A DNA stretch of 32,000 bases from Nitratidesulfovibrio vulgaris str. Hildenborough. Lineage in GTDB: Bacteria; Desulfobacterota; Desulfovibrionia; Desulfovibrionales; Desulfovibrionaceae. The stretch's first letter is position 1, and every line of letters begins with the position of its first letter. The DNA lies in contig NC_002937.3 in assembly GCF_000195755.1 (NCBI RefSeq), positions 1,650,001 through 1,682,000 of the forward strand. The letters run 5' to 3'. A program made the position numbers and the translations under genes. The notes beneath the pieces were generated by a model. It saw only the letters and a program-made list of their open reading frames with translations, had not been told where the DNA came from and did not search any database. This document shows, in pieces, positions 8,357 through 17,387 of this stretch.

Positions 8357-9217
8357 TCACAAAAGATGCTGATATACCCGTATGCCATGACCCTTCAGCT
8401 GTTCGAAGGCCGCTTCGGCATCTTCACGCCTCCTGAAGAGGGCGAAGACGCTCGCGCCGCTACCGCTCATGAGGGCGGCTGCCGCGCCATGTCGCAACAA
8501 GGCTTCCTTGAGCGACCGCAGCTCCGGGTGAGACGCGAAGACCACCGGTTCGAAGCTGTTATGGAGCCATGACTCGCGGGAGAACGAGTTTCTATCCGCA
8601 ACCCCCCCCGTTGTCAAGCAACCACGCACGCGGAGTTGTTTTTCTTCGGCAGCATCCAGCGCGCCGTAGGCCCATGCCGTGGAGACCTGTACCTGCGGGC
8701 AGGCGAGAAGCAGGGTGAATCCCTTGTACGGCCATGCCACAGGGGTGATGATCTCGCCAATGCCGCTGGCACGGCACGGGACCGCATGGATGAAGAACGG
8801 CACGTCGGCTCCGATGCGGGCCGCCAGTCTGCATAGCGTCTCTCTTCCGAGGGGATGCGGGGCGATGGATTCGAGGTGGTTCAGGATTGCAGCGGCGTTG
8901 GCACTGCCGCCTCCCAGTCCTGCCCCATGCGGAACGCCTTTTCGCAACTCGACGCGAAGAGGCGGGCGGAATCCGGAGGCTTCGGCATAGGCGTCGTAGG
9001 CGCGGGTGACCGTGTTCCGTGTCGGGTCGATGCCCTGAATGGCACACGTCACAGTTATTCCGGGAGCATCGCCAACCGTCACCACCAGTTCGTCGTGCGG
9101 TTCCTCCAGCGGAAGGAAGAGGCTGTCGATTTCGTGATAGCCGTCGTCACGGCGCGACGTGATATGGAGGTCGAGATTGACCTTGCACCCGGAACGGAGC
9201 GTCACCGCGTCGTTCAT
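8357..9217 (-). CDS. ispE: 4-diphosphocytidyl-2-C-methyl-D-erythritol kinase
   Basis: The start at ATG 9217 ([19 protein letters not shown]) overlaps the hslV stop as ATGA, with GGAGA upstream. The GHMP-kinase motif [16 protein letters not shown] is present. The track start at 9268 lies inside hslV. Confidence 0.85.
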   Translation of the reverse strand: MNDAVTLRSGCKVNLDLHITSRRDDGYHEIDSLFLPLEEPHDELVVTVGDAPGITVTCAIQGIDPTRNTVTRAYDAYAEASGFRPPLRVELRKGVPHGAGLGGGSANAAAILNHLESIAPHPLGRETLCRLAARIGADVPFFIHAVPCRASGIGEIITPVAWPYKGFTLLLACPQVQVSTAWAYGALDAAEEKQLRVRGCLTTGGVADRNSFSRESWLHNSFEPVVFASHPELRSLKEALLRHGAAAALMSGSGASVFALFRRREDAEAAFEQLKGHGIRVYQHLL

Positions 9218-9759
9218 GCCTGTGTCTCCGCCGATTCGACGGTGAGGTGGTCGTTGGTGAAGACGCATATCTCGCCTGCGATGCGCATGGCTTCACGGGC
9301 GATGGTCTCCGCATCGAGTTGCGTGTGGCGGGCGAGTGCGCGGGCTGCGGCAAGGGCATAGGGGCCGCCGCTACCTATGGCGGCGATGCCGTCATCCGGT
9401 TCGATGACATCCCCGTTGCCCGAGAGCACGAGGATGTGTTCGTTGTCGGCCACAAGCAGCATGGCTTCGAGTCGGCGCAGATACTTGTCCTTGCGCCACG
9501 ACTTGGCCATCTCCACGGCGGCGCGGACAAGGTTGCCCCTGTGTTCTTCAAGCTTGGCCTCGAAATGTTCGAACAGCGTGAAGGCATCGGCCGTGGAACC
9601 CGCAAAGCCTGCGACCACCCGTCCGTTGTAGAGACGGCGCACCTTGCGCGCCGAGTGCTTCATGACGATGCTCTGGCCCATGGTCACCTGACCGTCACCT
9701 GCGATGGTGACACCCTGGGCACCCCGCACTGCGAGAATGGTCGTTCCCTTGAGTTCCAT
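9214..9759 (-). CDS. hslV: ATP-dependent protease subunit HslV
   Basis: 181 aa. [12 protein letters not shown], with the catalytic Thr after processing, then [23 protein letters not shown] and [15 protein letters not shown]. Confidence 0.9.
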   Translation of the reverse strand: MELKGTTILAVRGAQGVTIAGDGQVTMGQSIVMKHSARKVRRLYNGRVVAGFAGSTADAFTLFEHFEAKLEEHRGNLVRAAVEMAKSWRKDKYLRRLEAMLLVADNEHILVLSGNGDVIEPDDGIAAIGSGGPYALAAARALARHTQLDAETIAREAMRIAGEICVFTNDHLTVESAETQA

Positions 9760-9806
9760 GAATACTCCCGTATATCGTACGCCTGAAAGGGCGTGATGTC
9801 TGTCCG

Positions 9807-9842
9807 CACCACAAGAGGGCAGGGGGCTGCCCTCTTGTGGTG
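9807..9842 (-). terminator. Perfect 16-bp hairpin separating the M48 protease gene from hslV
   Basis: CACCACAAGAGGGCAG (9807-9822), loop GGGG, CTGCCCTCTTGTGGTG (9827-9842). It is adjacent to the 14-nt palindrome GGGCAGTACTGCCC (9847-9860). No clear U-tract. Confidence 0.45.
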
Positions 9843-9920
9843 TTCTGGGCAGTACTGCCCCATTCAGGGCTATTCCGTGGTGTTCAGTCTCAGTGCCGTG
9901 ACCTTTGAGGGGCGCGTGCT

Positions 9921-11366
9921 CTACCAGAACGCCTTTCTCTCCTGATAGGTGGCGGCGAACCGTTCGAGTTCGGCCATCTCTTCAGGTGTGCGCGCCTGTG
10001 CCCTGGCCTGTTCCTCGAATGATTCGGTCTTGTGCTTGTCGTTGCTGTACAGCGAACTGTAGGCAAGGTGGAGGTACGCCTTGAAAGGTTGCCCGGAAGC
10101 ACCCAGCACCCGCCCGTAGTAGTAGTGCACCTCGGCATCTTCGGGCAGTCGGCGAAGCACCTCGTCGAAATACTGGTACGACTTCTGGGGCTGCCCCGAA
10201 TCGGCAAGAAGCCGGGCATAGAAGAAGAGTGCCATGTAGTCGTCGGGGTTCATGAGCGTGGCGCGTTGCAGCATGGCTGCGGCCCGCCCCTTGTCACCCT
10301 TGGTGTAGTGGAACCTGCCGGCCTCGCGCCATATGAGCTGGTCTTTCGGGCTGCACTGCAATGCCTTGTCGAAGGCGGCAGTCGCTTCGGCGACCCTGTT
10401 CTGACGTGAAAAGAGTATGGCCTTGCCGAGTTGCGCGAGGCAATCCCCGGCGGGGGCATCGGCGAAAAGCCGTTCCGAGACCGCGGGGTCTCCATAGCGG
10501 GCCCTGCAAATGGTGCGCACCCTGAGGAACCGTGCGTCGTCATTGGGACGCGACCGGATATCTGCCGGAAGTGCGGCGATGCGCGCAGAAAGCGAGTTGA
10601 TGCGCTCGTTCACGGCCGGGTGGGTGCTCAGGTATGAGGGGATGTCGGTACCCATGGCCCATTGCTTCTTGCGAATCTTCTCGAAGGCGCCGACCATGCC
10701 TTCAGGACGGAAACCGGCGGCGATGAGATAGCGCAGGCCGATTTCGTCTGCCTCGGTTTCGTCCACACGGCTGTAGTTGAGCATGGCCGACTGCCCGGCG
10801 GCGATGGAACCCGCCATGGCCGCGCCCTTGCCCGACCCGCCGCCCAGAAACGCTCCGGCGAGTGCCCCCGCCATCGACAGGATGCTGGTGGTCTGCATCT
10901 TTTCGATGCGGCCCGCGATGTGCCGTTGCGTTGCGTGGGCGAGTTCATGGGCTAGCACTCCCGCCACCTCTGCTTCGTGGTCCATCTGCATGACAAGACC
11001 GGTATGGACGAAGATGAACCCGCCGGGGCTGGCGAAGGCGTTCAGCGAATTGTGCAGCAGGACATTGGTCTTGAAGTCGAAGGGCTGCGGCGGTGCCTGT
11101 TCAAGAAGGCGTGCAACGATGTCCTGAACGTAGACTTTGACTTCCGGGTCTTCGACCAGCGGCATCCGGGACTTGATGAGGACATCGAACTTCCTGCCGA
11201 GTTCCACTTCATCCTTGATGGTGAAACCGCCAAGCCCAAGAAACGCCCACGCCGGGGCAACCCCTTGAATGGTGAGCGCAAGTGCCAGCACAAAGGCCAG
11301 AATGCCCCGCGCACCGCGCCAGAAGGCGCAGCGGCGGGGCGTTTCGTTGCGAAGAAGTGTCGTCAT
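9921..11366 (-). CDS. Periplasmic M48 zinc metalloprotease with C-terminal TPR domain (BepA/YfgC-like)
   Basis: I chose the start at ATG 11366 ([12 protein letters not shown]...), which gives a signal peptide ending [14 protein letters not shown] is the HExxH zinc motif. The C-terminal half is TPR-like ([29 protein letters not shown]). The track start at 11549 lies inside cysS. Confidence 0.8.
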   Translation of the reverse strand: MTTLLRNETPRRCAFWRGARGILAFVLALALTIQGVAPAWAFLGLGGFTIKDEVELGRKFDVLIKSRMPLVEDPEVKVYVQDIVARLLEQAPPQPFDFKTNVLLHNSLNAFASPGGFIFVHTGLVMQMDHEAEVAGVLAHELAHATQRHIAGRIEKMQTTSILSMAGALAGAFLGGGSGKGAAMAGSIAAGQSAMLNYSRVDETEADEIGLRYLIAAGFRPEGMVGAFEKIRKKQWAMGTDIPSYLSTHPAVNERINSLSARIAALPADIRSRPNDDARFLRVRTICRARYGDPAVSERLFADAPAGDCLAQLGKAILFSRQNRVAEATAAFDKALQCSPKDQLIWREAGRFHYTKGDKGRAAAMLQRATLMNPDDYMALFFYARLLADSGQPQKSYQYFDEVLRRLPEDAEVHYYYGRVLGASGQPFKAYLHLAYSSLYSNDKHKTESFEEQARAQARTPEEMAELERFAATYQERKAFW

Positions 11367-11371
11367 GGGCG

Positions 11372-12829
11372 TTACAGGACGTCCCAGACCGCTCCGGAAG
11401 GGGTGTCGCGCACTTCTATGCCAAGGGCGGCGAGTTCGTCGCGTATGGCATCGGCACGGGCGAAATCCTTCGCGGCACGGACGGACTTGCGTTCTTCCAG
11501 CAGGGCGTCGACCTTGGTCGTGTCGATGCCCTTGCGCCGGATGCGGCATTCCTTCAAATCACTCAGGAAGGCTTCGGGTTCACGCCCGAATACCCCGAGG
11601 ACCTTCATCCATTTTGCGACCAGACCATCCAGACGTTCGAGCAGGGCAAGGGTTTCTGCGCTCTTGCGAAGATTCTTGTCTTCAAGCAGGCGGTTCACCA
11701 GTCTGATGGTGCCGAACACGTGACCGAGGGCCGCAGCCGTGTTGAGGTCGTCTTCAAGCGCTTCGTCGAAGGCACGGTCGAGCGTGTCGAACTCTGCCGT
11801 CACGTCGGCAGGCAGAGGCGTGGCACTCCATTTGGAACGGCTGCGTTCGGTGCGGGCGAGCGAAAGGGCCTCGTAGATGCGCTTGAGGCTCTTTTCGGCC
11901 TCGTCCATGCTGTCGAAGGTGAAGTCGATGGGGCTGCGGTAGTGCTTGGTGAGCAGGAAGAAGCGCAGCACTTCCGGGAGATAGCCTTCGAGGATGTCAC
12001 GTATGGTCTTGAAGTTGCCGAGCGACTTGGACATCTTCTCCGCATCGACCTGCACGAAGCCATTGTGCATCCAGTAACGCACGAAAGGCTTGTCCAGCGC
12101 GGCTTCCGTTTGTGCTATCTCGTTCTCGTGGTGCGGGAAGATGAGGTCCTGCCCGCCGCCATGGATGTCCAGCGGCAGGGGCATGTGCTTTTCGCTCATG
12201 GCCGAGCATTCGATGTGCCAGCCCGGGCGTCCTTCGCCCCACGGGCTAGTCCAGCTCGGTTCGCCGGGTTTTGCAGCTTTCCACAATGCGAAATCAAGCG
12301 GGTCTTCCTTTTCCTCGCCGGGGGCGACGCGGGCGCCTGAACGCATGTCGTCGATGTCGCGTCCGGAGAGCTTGCCGTACTCGGGGAAGGAACGGACGCG
12401 GAAATAGACGTCGCCGGAAGGGGTGGCATAGGCCTTGCCCTTGGCGATGAGCTTTTCGCACAGCGCGATCATTTCGAGGATGTGGCCGGTAGCCTTGGGT
12501 TCGATGTCGGCGCGCAGCACGTTGAGGCGGTCCATGTCCTCATAGAAGGTGTCGATGTACTTCTCGGCGACCTGCTGGCTGGTGAGTCCCTCTTCATTGG
12601 CACGCTTGATGATCTTGTCGTCGACGTCGGTGAAGTTGCGGGCGAACGTCACATCAAGTCCGGTATGCCGCAGGTAGCGCACCAGCACGTCGAACACGAC
12701 GGCTGAACGGGCATGACCGATGTGGCAGAGGTCATAGGCGGTGATGCCGCACACGTACATGTTGACCTTGCCGGGTACGGCGGGCGTGAAAAGCTCTTTG
12801 CGGCGCGAGAGCGAGTTGTAGATCTGCAT
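11372..12829 (-). CDS. cysS: Cysteine--tRNA ligase
   Basis: Start at ATG 12829 with GGAGA RBS. Contains [14 protein letters not shown], the HIGH motif CHIGHARS and the KMSKS motif. The track start at 12946 runs into rpiB. Confidence 0.92.
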   Translation of the reverse strand: MQIYNSLSRRKELFTPAVPGKVNMYVCGITAYDLCHIGHARSAVVFDVLVRYLRHTGLDVTFARNFTDVDDKIIKRANEEGLTSQQVAEKYIDTFYEDMDRLNVLRADIEPKATGHILEMIALCEKLIAKGKAYATPSGDVYFRVRSFPEYGKLSGRDIDDMRSGARVAPGEEKEDPLDFALWKAAKPGEPSWTSPWGEGRPGWHIECSAMSEKHMPLPLDIHGGGQDLIFPHHENEIAQTEAALDKPFVRYWMHNGFVQVDAEKMSKSLGNFKTIRDILEGYLPEVLRFFLLTKHYRSPIDFTFDSMDEAEKSLKRIYEALSLARTERSRSKWSATPLPADVTAEFDTLDRAFDEALEDDLNTAAALGHVFGTIRLVNRLLEDKNLRKSAETLALLERLDGLVAKWMKVLGVFGREPEAFLSDLKECRIRRKGIDTTKVDALLEERKSVRAAKDFARADAIRDELAALGIEVRDTPSGAVWDVL

Positions 12830-12845
12830 GGCGTCTCCGGAAAAA

Positions 12846-13289
12846 CTAGCGGCAACCGTTGAGGTCGAAAAGGTCGATGCGGCGCTGGTGGCGCCCGCCT
12901 TCGAAGTCGGTGTCAAGGAAGAGGCGTGCCAGTTCAAGAGCCACACCGGGCCCTGTCACGCGTTCGCCAAGACAGAGGACATTGGCGTTGTTGTGCTGGC
13001 GCGTGGCGCGGGCGTGGAATTCGCAGGTGCAGAGTGCCGCGCGGATGCCGGGGATGCGGTTGGCAGCCATCGACATGCCGATGCCCGTGCCACAGATGAG
13101 GATGCCAAGGGCCTCTTCGGCGAGAACACGGTCGCAGACTTTCTGGGCGTAGTGCGGGTAGTCGCAGCTGACGGCGCTTTCAGGGCCGAGGTCTTCGACG
13201 TCGTGTCCTGCGTTGCGAAGGCTGTCGACGATGCTCTGCTTGAGGGCGAAACCCGCATGGTCCGAACCGACGAATACTTTGCGTGCCAT
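12846..13289 (-). CDS. rpiB: Ribose-5-phosphate isomerase B
   Basis: 147 aa. VGSDHAGFALK and ILICGTGIGMSMAANRIPGIRAALC are typical of the RpiB/LacAB family. Confidence 0.9.
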   Translation of the reverse strand: MARKVFVGSDHAGFALKQSIVDSLRNAGHDVEDLGPESAVSCDYPHYAQKVCDRVLAEEALGILICGTGIGMSMAANRIPGIRAALCTCEFHARATRQHNNANVLCLGERVTGPGVALELARLFLDTDFEGGRHQRRIDLFDLNGCR

Positions 13290-13302
13290 GATGATGCTCT
13301 TG

Positions 13303-13671
13303 TTAAGCCTGTACGGTTTCGTTGCCGTTTCCGAAGCGCTCGCGCAGGCGCGTCACATGACGCTCTCGCGCGGCTTCGCGCATGGTGGCGAAGCGTTCGG
13401 TCTCGTCATGCAGAAAGGTTATACGCTTTCTGATGGCGTCAAGGGTCGATGCGTCGGCATCTTCAAGCAGTGCCCTGCCGAGAGATGCCTCCTCCTGAGT
13501 GATGCGCTTGCGCAGCTGGCGGGTCTCGATGGCGTGCAACACGCCGCCCGCCATCCAGCCGAGTTCCGCACCGAGAACGTTGAGCCCGGTGCGCATGACG
13601 TTGAAGACTGCCGTGCAGCGCGAAACCGAAGACGCGGAAGAGGGAGAAGACATGGTGGACTCCATGATCAT
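13303..13671 (-). CDS. Small hypothetical protein (one hydrophobic/amphipathic segment followed by a charged coiled-coil-like tail)
   Basis: 122 aa. Third codon positions are G/C-rich, as in neighbouring genes. The start overlaps the stop of the upstream lipoprotein gene as ATGA. I recognise no family. Confidence 0.55.
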   Translation of the reverse strand: MIMESTMSSPSSASSVSRCTAVFNVMRTGLNVLGAELGWMAGGVLHAIETRQLRKRITQEEASLGRALLEDADASTLDAIRKRITFLHDETERFATMREAARERHVTRLRERFGNGNETVQA

Positions 13672-14507
13672 TTGCGGCCGAGAGAGCGCAACGGCAGTAG
13701 CGTGGTGCCCTCGGGCAGTTCAAGGCCGAGCTGTTCAGGGCTGAAGGGAGTGTCGAGCCTGACGCGTTCCTTGACGAGTATGATGGCGTTGTAGCCCTTG
13801 CCGTGCTGGAAGACCAGCTTGCGGGGCATGGGCGTTGCCGTAGCGTCCGCGTCCTCGGCATATGAGACATCGAGATTCCAGCCGTCAGCCGTGCCATCGG
13901 TCCAGCGCACCGGAAGCCCGGCTTCGGAGATGACCAGCGAGCCGCCGGGGCGCTTGCCTTCGAGAGTGTAGGCGATTCCCATGCCGGGAACAAGGGTGGC
14001 CTCTCCTGCCGACCGCAGGCCGAAGACGCTGCCGAAGCGACCATCGAGCATGGCAGTGAGGTCGCTCACCGAGAAGGGTACGGGAACACCGAACGAGAAG
14101 AGGGCCTTGCCGTCGCCGTAATGATGGTATGCCTTCTGTTCGTTGGGCGAATAGGCGAGGAAGGTGTCGTCGGTTTCGCGTATCTTCGCGACCGTTGCCC
14201 CTATTCCGGCCATGATGTCGAGGCGCAACGGGGCCTTGCCATTGCCCCATATGAGGGCAATGACACGGTGTCCGTCATCGCCAGCGTTGTATCGAAGGCT
14301 GGTTTCGAGCCTGAACGGCCCTGTATCGCGTTCTGTCGCGGCACTGTAGGCCTTGTAGGCGTTCCAGACCGTCGCCGCCGTATCGGCCGGGGCCAAGGCC
14401 CCTCTGGGGGCTTTCGAGGCGCAGCCTCCCGCAAGGGCGACGCATACCACCGCCCACAGCATCATGAGGGCGGGGCGGATTCTGTTTGCAGAGGATGTGT
14501 GTATCAT
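13668..14507 (-). CDS. Lipoprotein with LolB-like sequence pattern
   Basis: Start at ATG 14507 (MIHTSSANRIRPALMMLWAVVCVALAGGCASK), giving a signal peptide with a lipobox Cys. It overlaps the upstream stop as ATGA. The segment LRLDIMAGIGATVAKIRETDDTFLAYSPNEQKAYH...FGVPVPFSVSDLTAMLDG parallels E. coli LolB [31 protein letters not shown]...TGMPIPLNSLRQWILG. Confidence 0.6.
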   Translation of the reverse strand: MIHTSSANRIRPALMMLWAVVCVALAGGCASKAPRGALAPADTAATVWNAYKAYSAATERDTGPFRLETSLRYNAGDDGHRVIALIWGNGKAPLRLDIMAGIGATVAKIRETDDTFLAYSPNEQKAYHHYGDGKALFSFGVPVPFSVSDLTAMLDGRFGSVFGLRSAGEATLVPGMGIAYTLEGKRPGGSLVISEAGLPVRWTDGTADGWNLDVSYAEDADATATPMPRKLVFQHGKGYNAIILVKERVRLDTPFSPEQLGLELPEGTTLLPLRSLGRK

Positions 14508-16192
14508 TTTTTGTCGAGTTTGGCCTTGATGGCGTCGGGATTCTGCGGGTTCATGGACAGGGCCTTGCGGTAGGCGCGCCGCGCCGTGTTCTTCTGCCCC
14601 ATGGCCGTGGCGATGTCTCCGTAATGCTCCCAGATGATGGGGTCGGGCGCATTGAGTTCGATGGCGCGGCTGATGGCCTTCCATGCTTCGGGAATGCGGC
14701 CCGCCTTGAAGTAGGCCCATGCCAGCGAGTCGAGGATGAAGGGGTTGTCGGGCGAAAGGGTATTGGCGCGTTCGAGAAGGGAGACGGCCCGGGTAAGGTC
14801 GCGCTCCTGTTCCGCAAGGGTGTAGCCCACATAGTTCAGGGCCTGTGCATGGTTGGGAGAGGCCTTGATGACCTCTTCCATGGCGGCGAAGGCAGCGTCC
14901 TTCGCACCCCTGTCGTCGAGGATGAGGGCGCGCATGAACAGCAGGCCGCTGTCATCGGGCCAGCGGTCGGCGGCCTTATCGATGACCCGGAGTGCCTCTT
15001 CGGAGCGCCCCATGTTGACGAGAAGTTGCGCCTCCATCTCGCGGAAGTCCCTTTGCTCGGGGAATGTCTCACGGCCTTCGCGGGCTGTCCGCAGCGCCGC
15101 TTCGAGGTCGCCCTTCTCATAGAGCAGCTGGCTACGCAGGCGCAGGGCGCGGTCGTAGTACTTATTGGTGGGGCGCACTTCTAGCAGCCACGACAGGGTG
15201 GCGTCCGTATCGCGCTGTCCCTCGTAGGCCAGCACGGCGAGGAAGAAGTAGACTTCTTCCGGAGCCCCGGGCGAATCCTTCACGGCCAGAAGCAGACCTT
15301 CGGCCTGTTCGAAGAACCTGTCATCGAGGAATAGCGTTGCGGCCGTGAGCATGAAGCCGAAGGTCTCCGGCCCTTGCCGTGCCAGCTCATAGGCCTTGAC
15401 GGGGTTGTTGAGCTTGATGTTGATGGCCACCAGTCGTAGCCAGACGTCCTGATTGCCCTCGTCGAGAGCCAGAATCTGTTCGTAGATCTTTTCCGCTTCG
15501 ACGTAGTTCTTGCGAAGCTCATACACATAGGCCAGTTCGGCCCATGCCTCGAGGAAGTCGGGAGATGCCTTGACCGCCTTGCGGAGTTGCGCCGTGGCCT
15601 CTGTGAGGCGGTTGAGCCCCATGAGGGCGCGCGCGTGGTAGTACCGCAGGAGCGACGTGCGCGAGGTCTCCCCGATGGACAGGATGAGCTTGTCGGCCTC
15701 TTCGTAACGGCGGGTCTTCACAAGAAGTTGTGCCAGTTCCTGCCGTGCCTCGTCGTCCTTGGGGTGCTTGGCGTTATAGGCGCGCAGCAGGGCGATGGCC
15801 TCGTCGTTGCGGTCGAGGTCGAGGTAGCTTTCGGCGAGAAGCAGGGTCAGGCCGAGGTCGTCCGGGTGGGCTGCGACGCCGCGCGTGAGGATGTCACGGG
15901 CGAGGTCGGGCTCCTTGCGTGACAGCAGGAAGCTGCCGGAGTCGTTGTAGACACGGGCCGTGGGAGACAGCCGGATGAGGTTCTCGATGGCTTCGATGGC
16001 GTCGCGGGTGTTGTCGCTGCGGGCCGCCTGATCAAGCATGAGGTAGTAGAAGGTCGTTTCGGCACCATCGGAGAGGTTCCACTGTACGGCCTCTGGCGAG
16101 GCCGTTTCGACAGCGGGGCGATGGGCGCATCCACCTGCGATGAGGGGCAGGGCGGTGACGACGGCGGCAACGGAACGGCGGAAGGATGGCAT
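14504..16192 (-). CDS. TPR-repeat lipoprotein
   Basis: 562 aa. The N-terminus MPSFRRSVAAVVTALPLIAGGCAH carries a signal peptide and lipobox. Most of the length consists of many 34-residue TPR-like repeats (e.g. AWAELAYVYELRKNYVEAEKIYEQILALDEGN, ALNYVGYTLAEQ, AWAYFKAGRIPEAWKAISRAIELNAPD). Confidence 0.8.
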   Translation of the reverse strand: MPSFRRSVAAVVTALPLIAGGCAHRPAVETASPEAVQWNLSDGAETTFYYLMLDQAARSDNTRDAIEAIENLIRLSPTARVYNDSGSFLLSRKEPDLARDILTRGVAAHPDDLGLTLLLAESYLDLDRNDEAIALLRAYNAKHPKDDEARQELAQLLVKTRRYEEADKLILSIGETSRTSLLRYYHARALMGLNRLTEATAQLRKAVKASPDFLEAWAELAYVYELRKNYVEAEKIYEQILALDEGNQDVWLRLVAINIKLNNPVKAYELARQGPETFGFMLTAATLFLDDRFFEQAEGLLLAVKDSPGAPEEVYFFLAVLAYEGQRDTDATLSWLLEVRPTNKYYDRALRLRSQLLYEKGDLEAALRTAREGRETFPEQRDFREMEAQLLVNMGRSEEALRVIDKAADRWPDDSGLLFMRALILDDRGAKDAAFAAMEEVIKASPNHAQALNYVGYTLAEQERDLTRAVSLLERANTLSPDNPFILDSLAWAYFKAGRIPEAWKAISRAIELNAPDPIIWEHYGDIATAMGQKNTARRAYRKALSMNPQNPDAIKAKLDKK

Positions 16193-16206
16193 GAGACGCC
16201 TCTGAC

Positions 16207-17277
16207 CTACTGGTTGATCCAGTCGGATGAAAAGTCCTTGATTTCCTTGAACAGGTGGTCGCGTATCTTTTGCAGCAGACGCGCCTCTATCTGGCGGACG
16301 CGTTCACGGGTGATGTCGTATTTCTCGCCAATCTCGCGCAAGGTGACTGGTTCTTCAGAAAGAAGCCTGTTCTGCAGGATGTCCACTTCCTTGTCGGAAA
16401 GCTTGGGAATGATGGATTGCAGACGGTTTTGCACCATGCTGGCAATCTCATGGTTCGACAGTGCGTCCTCGATGCCGGGGCCGAGTGCGGGCAGGAAGTC
16501 CATGCGCGAAGCCCCGCCGCCCTCGTCACCCACCGGGATGTCGAGTGACACGTCGGAAGCGTCGAGGCGCTGTTCCATCTCCACGACCTGTTCCTTGGTC
16601 ACGTTCAGGCGTTCCGACAGGGTGGCTGCGTCCGGGTCGTAGCCCTGCAGGATGAGCTTCTGTCGTTCCTTGTTGAGATTGTAGAACAGCTTGCGTTGCG
16701 CCTGCGTGGTGCCGATCTTGACCATCCGCCAGTTGTCCATGATGAACTTGAGGATGTAGGCCTTGATCCAGAAGGCGGCGTAATACGAGAACTTGATGCC
16801 CTTTTCGGGATCGAACTTGTTCACCGCGCGCATGAGGCCGACGTTGCCCTCCTGGATGAGGTCGAGCACGTTCTGCATCCAGCGCCGCTGGAAGTCCATG
16901 GCGATCTTCACCACGAGACGCAGGTGCGACGAGACGAGGCGAAAGGCCGCATCACCGTCGCCCGTTTCGCGGACACGCTTCGCCAGCTCATACTCCTCTT
17001 CGGGCTTGAGCATGGGAAAGCGGCTTATCTCGCGCAGGTAGAGGTGCAGGCTGTCCTTCCCGGTGGATACCGTGGCAGGAGCGTTGAGGTGGAACGTGTC
17101 GGGCGCGTGGTCGTCGTCGCCGATGTCTATGACATCGTCTTCGTCGACGAAATCTTCGGTATCTTCGGTGTCGTCAGCCGAATCGTCCGGGCCGTCGATG
17201 ATCTCGACGTCGTCGACTACGGTGACGTGCTTCTCATCGGCGATGTCTTCGTGCTGCGCTTTCGGGCGTTTGGTCAT
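16207..17277 (-). CDS. rpoH: RNA polymerase sigma factor, RpoH (sigma-32)-like, with acidic N-terminal extension
   Basis: 356 aa. Region 2 reads HLRLVVKIAMDF and LIQEGNVGLMRAVNKFDPEKGIKFSYYAAFWIKAYI. An RpoH-box-like QRKLFYNLNKERQ and a region 4 REIGEKYDITRERVRQIE are present. Residues about 8-60 are dominated by D/E. Confidence 0.8.
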   Translation of the reverse strand: MTKRPKAQHEDIADEKHVTVVDDVEIIDGPDDSADDTEDTEDFVDEDDVIDIGDDDHAPDTFHLNAPATVSTGKDSLHLYLREISRFPMLKPEEEYELAKRVRETGDGDAAFRLVSSHLRLVVKIAMDFQRRWMQNVLDLIQEGNVGLMRAVNKFDPEKGIKFSYYAAFWIKAYILKFIMDNWRMVKIGTTQAQRKLFYNLNKERQKLILQGYDPDAATLSERLNVTKEQVVEMEQRLDASDVSLDIPVGDEGGGASRMDFLPALGPGIEDALSNHEIASMVQNRLQSIIPKLSDKEVDILQNRLLSEEPVTLREIGEKYDITRERVRQIEARLLQKIRDHLFKEIKDFSSDWINQ

Positions 17278-17358
17278 GGCGTATCTGATTGCAACCTGTT
17301 GTCCGGCCTCGGGCCGGGTAGTGCGAAGCGCCGTGAATCAAGGCGCGAAGCGTTGCGA

Positions 17359-17387
17359 ATGGTATAGTTTATGTTTGTCCTTTTCAA
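17359..17387. promoter_or_regulatory. AT-rich divergent promoter core between rpoH and metH
   Basis: On the + strand there is an extended -10 TGGTATAGT (17360-17368) for metH. On the - strand TTGAAA (17387-17382) is followed by TATACC at 15 nt or TACCAT at 17 nt, for rpoH. Motif resemblance only. Confidence 0.25.
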
